Source: Ptychomitrium polyphyllum
Lineage: Eukaryota
DNA length: 64,000 nucleotides
Direction: 5' to 3'
NCBI GenBank assembly: GCA_973851085.1
Contig: OZ316775.1
Coordinates: forward strand, 7,874,001-7,938,000
The notes beneath the pieces were generated by a model. That model saw only the letters and a list, made by a program, of their open reading frames with translations, was not told the origin of the DNA and ran no database searches. Of the stretch, positions 55,628 through 64,000 are shown piece after piece (the stretch's first letter is position 1; each line of letters starts with the position of its first letter). Position numbers and translations under genes: made by a program.

Positions 55628-56281
55628 TGATGTGTCATTAGCAGCTGTTAGCTTCACAGAGAAGTTTTTCCTTCATAGACAAGTATAAGAAGGGAGGAGA
55701 GATATCCAAACCTCCAATTGTATGCAGCATTATTTCCAAGATAGATCATTTCCAGATCCTAACCAGTATGTCAAATCTTTGTGTTATCATGGATATGCGT
55801 GAAGAGCAGTCGGCCATGCCTTCATCAACAAGAGCATCTGTTGAGCCAACTCTACTTTCTCAACCTTAACTAACGGAGGATCTAAGTCAAGATATGAGAG
55901 GGACATCCCAACGTCGAATACGACCTCGTGTAGAAGTATTGACTAGTCGCCCTTTACATTCCAGTCTTAATTCAGATGCTCGCGCTCTAGTCATCTTGTT
56001 AGAAATTGGAAGTGTCACCCCTGGAGGACCCGAAATCTTGTTTGGAGGATGTTTTGAAGGACTTAATCAAGATCAGATCTTGGGATGGGACATTTCAACA
56101 ACAAAAGTCTTGGCTGGTGGCCATCGACATTTCTTACAAGGACTAGTTGAGCCAGTAAACAAAGGACAACAAGCAGAATATGTTGCTTCACTCCTTTGAC
56201 AAACTTTGAAATTTGTAGAAATATGACAAGCAAGCCAAGAAAACAACTCCTCATGGGACTCGTCGCTAAATGGGGAGGTGA

Positions 56282-56925
56282 TGTCACGGACATAAATCAT
56301 GCAACATAGTCTTTAGAACATTCTAGAACCTTCTAGTGTAGTATAATAGTTTCTTAGAATACTTTTAGATGTCTCCATAGCCTTTTTATGTTTTTAGGAA
56401 GCCTCCTAGGAAAGTTCCTCCACCTTAGGAAACTTCCTAGGAAGGTTCTATCATCTTAGGTTACTTCCTATGAAGCTTCTATCATCTTAGGTTACTTCCT
56501 AGGAAACTTCATAGGAAGGTTCTACCTCTTTAGGAAACTTCCTAAGAAGGTTCCGCTACCTTAGGAAATTTCCAAGGAAGGTTCCAACTCCTTGGAAGCT
56601 TCCAAACAAGGTTCCAATTCTTTGGAAGCTTCTTAGGAAGGTTCCAACATCTTAGGAAACTTCCTAGGAAGGTTCCTTAGACTTTCAGAACATTCTTAAA
56701 CCTTGTAGGAAGCTTCTTTAGAAGTATCATAGGAGATACAAACATCCTAGTATAAATAGGGAGCAAGACAAGGTATTCGTTAGTCTTGCCAACACAAGTT
56801 GTGGATCATCTTGAATCCTGCCTTGTTCTAGTCTTTGTATCAAATTCTTGTTAATCATTAGCTCTTTGGAAGCTAATTCTTGGGAAACACTTCGTTAACG
56901 CTTCTTGTTTTTTATGTCCCTAACA
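56282..56925 (+). repeat. 3' LTR
   Basis: TGTCACGGAC...CCCTAACA, preceded by a polypurine tract. Confidence 0.95.
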
Positions 56926-59007
56926 TTGGAACTCCATGCGGACCTTCAAGGAGGCATATCTTCCACGTTTGATGCTCGAATCTATCAAGCAACCACTCTA
57001 TCGTCGTCTACTCTTTGCGTAGATGCCGATAGACTCCTCAAACGTCCGATTTGAGTTAGTACTCTGGGAGATATGCCTCTCCAAAGGATTGGGACTCCCG
57101 AGGAGTCCCTCCCTGGACTGTCCCAATCCAGTACAATCATTGTGTAGGGCTGCCACAGTCCAGAACAGCCCGTTAGCAATTCCAACTTTGGGATGCCATA
57201 TCTTTTAGCTCTTTTGTCCGATTTGAACAATCTTTAGCATTTCTAAAATTAACTCTTCCTGATTCCTCCAATGCTTACGATTTATCCCTTATGGCCCTTG
57301 TTCTACATGGACAAAGATGTTTCTCTCCTTAGGGATCTTTCTCACGCTAGGCCCACTCGGTTCCCCTCACTATCGACGCCACAAGTTCCGGACGTCACTC
57401 TCGGGTCCCCCTTGTGCCCTTAGTGTTTTGGGCACTCCTGAAAGAGAGTTGCGCGACAGTTTCACTTGCATATTATCAAATCATTCAATTTGAAATTATC
57501 TTAAAAAAACATCAAACATTCTCCAAAATTGATAACTGTATTTTAATATTATATGCTTCACATTTTAAAAAGATTTTATAATGTCAAATAATTTCATCTA
57601 TAAATAGACCCTTTCATGTATGTTAATCTTTTGGAATCAAAACATTCTCTCATTAATGAAAGTGTCAAAGTTGTAATATGAAGGTGAGAACTTCAAAGTT
57701 GAATTAGTGGAGTTAAAAGAAGGAAGCCCTAACCTCACACTTTACGGACTCAATTTACACTATAGACCCTATACTCACTGTTGAAGTACTCATTTGCTAA
57801 ACTCACTGAATGTGAAAGTGAAGATATTACAAGTGATACTGAGCAAGTCAGTATCAGATCATAATGGGAATTGTTATCAGTGATAATTTGCGATGGCGCT
57901 AGAGTATTCTCGTGAGAGTGGGAACCTGGAGCGGACCTATAAGTTCAAATAGGCCACAACAACCGGCCAGTTTGGCACCTAGACCGAATTTTTATCCCCG
58001 TGACCGCGACATGACATGTCACCCGATTACTTGTCATCGTCAACTTTTAAGAACGGCTCTTTGCTTGCCCCGCCTTTCTTTAGTAAACCTGCAATACTTT
58101 ATACATTTTCATACCAACAGACGATTCTCGTCACTGCGAAAAGTAAGTTCCCAATCCTTCGCTCGCACGGAGCCTTCCACCTCAAGCCAACCCTCGTAAC
58201 GTCAAGGGAGGACAGTTTCCAAAACCGTTACAGTAACTAAAACTTGAATTCGTCTACTACTTTTTAACATTCGACAATAGAAATGTGTTGTTGATAAATT
58301 AAGTTCTAAAATTATGACGGTTGATCAGTACATCTGAAAACGACATCATCTACATCATGCTCAGATGTTACAAGGTTTTGATTTTCATGGACGATGTCCG
58401 TTTTGGGTAATAAACTCCCTCAAATTAAGAAGGGCTTGACATTTGTTTCAGAAAGCGACGCTTCCATGCATAGCGACTGACCATATCGACGGCGATACCA
58501 ACGGACAACGTCATTGGACGATTTTTGTCAGTGACTGCGATTAGTGTGGACGCTCCGTCGGTTTCCTAGCACGGAACATTGTCATCGTCGTCGTCGTCGT
58601 CTTCGTCGTTGTCCTCGTCTCCTCGTCATTGTTCTCACAGTGCTTGTCAGTTGAGTACATCTACTTCCCAGAATCTGCAGTCACAGAGCGCAGAGCAAGC
58701 TTGTAAGATCCGTGCTTTGCCAGTAACGTTGTACGCGAGGTCGAGCACTTCAGCTAGTAATTCTCTTCCATGAGAGCGAGAGAATGGTATGGAGAGTTTA
58801 GCTTCATCACTCGTGTGATTCGTGTTACTGAGCCATGAGTCGTGACGTTTTGGTTGTGGTAGTGTGGAGAGAGAAACGAGAGCTCGTAGGAGTTCGTTTC
58901 TAACTGAAACAGTTCACAAGTAGCGGTGGTTTGTAGAGAAGAGCGCTCATGTGGAGGACGGAGAGGAGAGCGAGGTTGCGGTGAGGTTGAGGGAGGAGAG
59001 AGCTGCG

Positions 59008-62000
59008 ATGGTGCAAGTGCACTTGGAGGCGTGTCTGCCGGATGTGCGAGGGGCACCTGTGAAGAGGATCGGGGCGTCGCAGCAGTCGCCGAGGAGGAGT
59101 GGTGGCGAGGCGGGGGGTTTGCACAAGATTACCAAGACATATGCGCGGTCGAGGAGCGTGCGGGGATCGGCAGGGGAGGAGGTAGTCTATGAGGCGGAGT
59201 TTGGAGGTCCTGCGGAGCGCGTGGCGTCGCGCTCGTCTTCCCGGTCTAAGAGCCAGATTGTGAAGGACGCGCGTGCGGAACTGCTTGGCGTTGATGATGC
59301 GGAGCGCAATGTGGTGCGAGTGAGGGAGTTGCGGAGCAGGAGTGCTGCGAGGGTAAGGGAGGGGGTGGATATAGAGATGGACGTGGCGGAGGGTGGCGGG
59401 GTGGCGTACATCCAGGTTTCGAAGTCGCGTTCTTCTTCGAGGATGCGAGGTCGGGTTTTGAGGGAGAAGAGCGACGCGGCTGGTTTGGAAGAGGCGTTGC
59501 AGGATTTAGGGGAGAGGGAGGTGCGTACCGAGAGTGCGTCTCGGGCACTGAGGAATGGTGCTGAGGGGCTGGATATTTTGTATACAGGTCGGAGCATCCA
59601 ATCTACCCCGCGAGATTCAAGCAGAGCCGGAACTCCTCGCTCGAGTGTGAGAATTTCACGAGAGCAAGAAGACTCCAGAGCTCCGCCTGAGGTGCCTGTT
59701 GGAGAGAAGGAGTTCCGGAGCTTGAATGTGGGACGCCGATCGTTACTCAATATTTTAGAGCCTGAAGACGATGATGGAGGAGAGCAGAACGAGAGGATAT
59801 CCTATCGCAATCTCACGAGGAGTCCGAGATCAACGAGGGAGAACAGTGATCTGCCTGAGGAGAGGCTTGTCAGAGTGGAACGCCTTACCAGGAAACCAGG
59901 AAGAAGTCCGAGGAAATCGACAGGAGAACCCATAGGGATGCAGATAGAGCCAGCAGTTGTCCAACCTGAGCGAGCTCCACGAAGAAATGTGAGGAAGGCG
60001 GAATTAGACGGACCGGACGATGAAGAAGACAGTACGGGATTGAATAGAAGAGGCAGGGTTGCTCGACAGCCCAAGAGAAAAGTGAGGGATATCCCTAGAG
60101 ACCCTGCCTTAATGCTCCCCGTCAGTCAACCTCCTGAATGTGAGATGGTGGATGTGGCTCCTGTGGAGCTTGCAGACCCTCCTCTTATGCCATCATCTCC
60201 TACTACATCGTCAAGGTCTTCAAGAGGTTGAATGCAGACCATTCCTCTCGTTATCGTTGTTAAAGTTGTTTCTGTAGTACATGGTAGCGTTTCGCAATTC
60301 CTTTTAGAACCTATAAGTTTGTGCATTGTTATGTGAACCTGATAGTTTTAACATGTATTTCCGATTGTCCTTAACAACACGGGTTGTAATCGATGTTCCT
60401 TTGAACAGAATCAAGCAACTCACGAATCGCCTGGCTATCCGTCTTAGGTATGCAGGTCACTCTCCCTTTCTTTCACCTAACAGATTCAATGAGATCAAGG
60501 CGGCTGTGTTCAGCTTTCTCATCAGATTATAATTTTTAAAACCTTAGATATATTTACGCTTAGGCCAGATCATGAGCTTATCATATCATGTGCCAGGTTA
60601 ACATTACGATATTTAACGAAACATGTGTTACTGTCCTTGACATATCAGTGACTTGACGTTATCACTCAGTCTGGTCCGGCTTTTCTTCTGGAACTTTTGC
60701 AGGGGATTTGATTATGTGGAGAGATGTTCCAAGATCGGCACTCTGGTTCGGTGCAGGAAGTTTCGGTGCACTCTCCGCTTCCTTTATGCAAGAAATGCAG
60801 CTAGGGTATGATTTCTTCTCAACGTGCTTTTATATCTGAAATTAAGTAGATATAATAGAAAGCAATACTTCTGGAATGTTTTCGGCAATGAACACACGAC
60901 TGAGTAGGTTCTGGATATTACAATTGCATCAATACTCAGTTCTAGATTGGTTGATTTCATGGAAGGGATTTTTCTTAGAAAACATCTGCGTAAAATCTGA
61001 CAGTGATGTGGGGTGTGTATATACAGGATTGTTGCCATATCTGCTAACTTGGCACTCTGTTACTTAGCAGTGGTCTTCTTTTATCGGACATTCTTATGCG
61101 GGTATTAGCTCGTTACCTATTCTGAACCAAATTGAGGTCTTATTATTTCACTTCACTTTATATTTGAGTCCAATAAATATTTCCATTAGTTTCTCTAGAA
61201 GTCCAAGAAGCATTTTAAGTGGGGAAGGAATTTTCTTTTTCTATTCAGGACTGCACGAACATGTCGTTGCATAGAGTGGAGCATGATGTATTAAGTAATT
61301 TGTATCATGTAAGGTTTGTCATCCTATATCAACTTGATTAATGACATTGTTCTTGCAGATTACCTGCTCAATCAGCCGGGCAATTCAAAGCTGGGCGAGT
61401 CACTGAGGCTGACCTCTTAGGTTGGATTCGGTTTGCCCTACCGGCCATCAATCTGGCATTGAAGAAGGCTAGAGAAGTTTTCTCTGGCGACCCTGCCACC
61501 ACTTTAAGGGTAAAGATCTTTACGGTTCTCATCGTATGTTCGTATTCGAGTCTTGTGCTGCTCCAGTGACTTTGTAATCGATTTGATATTCGTATTGAGG
61601 AAAATCCTAGAAAATGCACTTGTTCTGCTTGTTGGTGCAAGTCTACATAGGATGCAATTAAGCATTAGTTTCAGAACTAAGATGCTGGTTCTCTGTACTT
61701 TCAGGTAGCAATAGTGCTATGGCTGGTCGCTAAAATGGGTGCAGGGATTTCAATATGGAGCTTCTTACGCTTTGGTGCGTCTCTTGCTGATCCTTGATCT
61801 CACAGAATATATATGCTCTATTTGAATTTGAAATGATCATTTTTAAACGTCCCACATAGAGGAATATATTCTAGAACCTCGTAGGTTTGCGGTTCGTACC
61901 CAGTAGCAGTTATTCACCCATGTCTCCAGGTCTCAAATTCTTAGACTGTTGGTACAGTGTGCGTTCCATTCACGGACTTTATTAGTCTTTCTTATTGTTT

Positions 62001-63416
62001 GGTTCTAGCATTGGTTCTGTTCATCACTGTTAAGAACATTGTCTCATGTTTCGTGCACCTAGTTTGATTGCAGGGTTCTTTGCGCTCTTCACCATTCCGA
62101 AGTGTCACTCCAACTACTCAACACAGATATATGCATTTGGTATACATGAAACCTTATTCTTGTTTTTCCTTTGCTTTGTAGTCACAAGGGTAGGCACTAG
62201 TCTGAAACGTCAACTTCTTCAATGACTGTACATGCTATTTGGTGTAGAACGAAATGTTTTGAAGTACCTGGATACGTAAGTAGGTAACATTTCCATGATT
62301 GGATGATGACATTGAGTGATTATCAATCATCATGGAATGCAGGTCAGTCCCTTCTGCTACGAGGATGGGAGACATGGGATTCATTCGCTCACAAGAAAGC
62401 AATGTTAATAGGTGGTTTCCTTCTCGCTTGGAATGTATCCTCGTATTCATCCCGTCTCTGGGGTGGTAAGCTTCTTACCTGCAACGATTTCTCAGTACAT
62501 TTAGTACTTTGGACAGCCGTCTGATTGCCGTGTGGGTCATAGGTATTGTAGAAGATAATATCGCAAGCACAACTTGTGATTGATTGTTCGATTGCCATCT
62601 TGCTCTTGCATTTTGACTCCATTTTTGGAACTTACTCTGTGTTCATGTCAATTGTTCTGAACTCGAGTACATGTAATACTTTACTAAAATCCACCACCTT
62701 ATAAATTGTTATTGAGAAATTGCTTATACTGTGATCTGGTGCAGGTTTTATTCTTGTAGTTTGGCTCAAGTTGTATCAGCAGTCCCATCCAGCAAGCTTT
62801 GAAAAGGCTATTACTGATGCTAGTGGCAGCGCTGCTATTGATCGCATTGATCGCAGGAAGAGCTTACAGCATGCTACGATGGCATCACAGGTGTGATCAA
62901 TCGAGTTTCTTAGAGTCTTCTTGACCTGCCTAGTTTGGTTTGCGGTTTGGGTCTATTATGAGTTTGGCTCTTCATCTTATTGTAGTGTTTTGTTGCTCTT
63001 CTTCACAGGCTTCTCAAGCCGCTCCTGTGGCGGAAGAAGGTCCTATATCTCAAATTCAACCGGTTCAAGAACTTCCAGGTATAGTGTCTTGTCATATTCC
63101 TTACACTTAAAATCTAAGTGAGATATATCTCTTGCTGGTGGTTTATGTCTTTTTGTTGCACGTCTGCGGATTTGTCTAGTGTCGTCTCTTTTTGTTCTAA
63201 TGGAGTCATATGTGATATGGAAGGTGATGGTATGTCCATTTCCGCACACTTTCTGCAGAACTGAATCAATTATTGTTCAACACACCGATTTATATCGACT
63301 TTACTTCACTTACAGGCCGTGTCTCGGTTTTTAGAATCTTTGTACTTTTTTTTTCTAATTCTCGTTTGGAATTTGGCGCAGACAGGAAAATGAACGGTGT
63401 TACATACAGAGCGTAA
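59008..63416 (+). CDS. Reticulon-like protein (RTNLB17/18/21 type) with a long disordered N-terminus; C-terminal end uncertain (62896 or 63416)
   Basis: Exon 1 (59008-60226) is R/S/E-rich. Spliced exons encode GDLIMWRDVPRSALWFGAG, VTEADL..LPAIN..FSGDPATTLR, GFFALFTIPK, WDSFAHKKA..WNVSS..RLWG and FILVVWLKLYQQ. Confidence 0.85.
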
Positions 63417-64000
63417 GGAGAACTTAATTTTGTGCACAGAAGCAATACTTTCTAGAGGAGCGCAAGAAGGATATTTGAAGAATATACACTATGGGAGCTT
63501 TGTTTAGATTTATTGCTTTGTTGCATAGTCCGATCGTGTGAGTCAAAACTCCAGAAAGCAAGAGTTTTTTTAATTTTGATCACTATATCCCGGAAGAGCT
63601 TTTAGGTAGAGTATGTAGTTTGTATTTACTTGGCACTTGCTACGTTTTGATGCGAACATCTTCGCAATTTGTATATATAGTACTATACTTGCTACTGTAT
63701 ACACCTACTAGTATATAGTAATCCTGTGAGCATGATATGCGCATCAATGAGGCTGCAGATTTTAGACTCATGAAGTTTTGATCCAAGTTTCGAAAATTTG
63801 AGCATATCTCGTCTTATGAAAGATGTACGGTTTCCTGTTCCCATAATATCATACGCTATTTCTCATCTCGACAACGAATTTCATATGGTGAATGTTGCAC
63901 GTCGCATATCCAATCGGCGGACTTCTAATTATCTTAACCTAATAGTAATTTTTTTCACTGACTGGATCTGTTTCAATGCTTCCTTTGTTGTGAACCCGAT

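Larger units (their letters stand above)
50258..56925 (+). mobile_element. Ty3/gypsy chromovirus LTR retrotransposon (Tcn1-like), full length but coding-defective
   Basis: 644-bp TG...CA LTRs; TSD TCGGA/TTGGA; PPT AAATGGGGAGGTGA before the 3' LTR. Gag with CLYCGKSGHKVRDC knuckle, protease [17 protein letters not shown], RNase H YTDHKNL, integrase SMDFITDLP, IHPVFHVSLL and chromodomain YEVEEIL..HWQGY..TWEP. Confidence 0.96.
49641..57458. mobile_element. Older solo LTR (about 1.15 kb: 49641-50257 plus 56931-57458) split by the chromovirus insertion
   Basis: TGTCG...CGACA inverted termini flanked by a perfect 5-bp target-site duplication GTTTC (49636-49640 and 57459-57463). No recognisable coding content. 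Confidence 0.8.

Noticed and set aside
59187..59750. 187-aa antisense ORF in reticulon exon 1
   Set aside because: Antisense shadow of a GC-rich low-complexity exon with no domain signal.

Overview
Eukaryotic nuclear DNA from a land plant, most likely a moss. This is inferred from the plant-type multi-exon genes with short GT-AG introns and a Tcn1-like chromovirus; the species cannot be determined from the sequence. From left to right: about 12 kb of AT-rich degenerate sequence with a 100-N gap; a branched-chain amino-acid aminotransferase (BCAT, - strand) with an apparent 1-nt frameshift, head-to-head with an intact 29-exon GCN2 kinase gene whose leader carries a chain of uORFs; an AIG2-like gamma-glutamylcyclotransferase; an intronless, GC-rich, fungal-type GH71 alpha-1,3-glucanase gene (candidate horizontal transfer, two frameshifts); a TLC-domain gene divergent from SRP19; tRNA-Glu(TTC) followed 16 nt later by a tRNA-Phe(GAA) copy with a D-arm deletion; a four-CRM-domain CFM2-like chloroplast splicing factor; a young but coding-dead chromovirus LTR retrotransposon, apparently self-priming, nested in an older solo LTR; and a reticulon RTNLB17/18/21-like gene. 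Exon structures were read by eye and no database searches were run.
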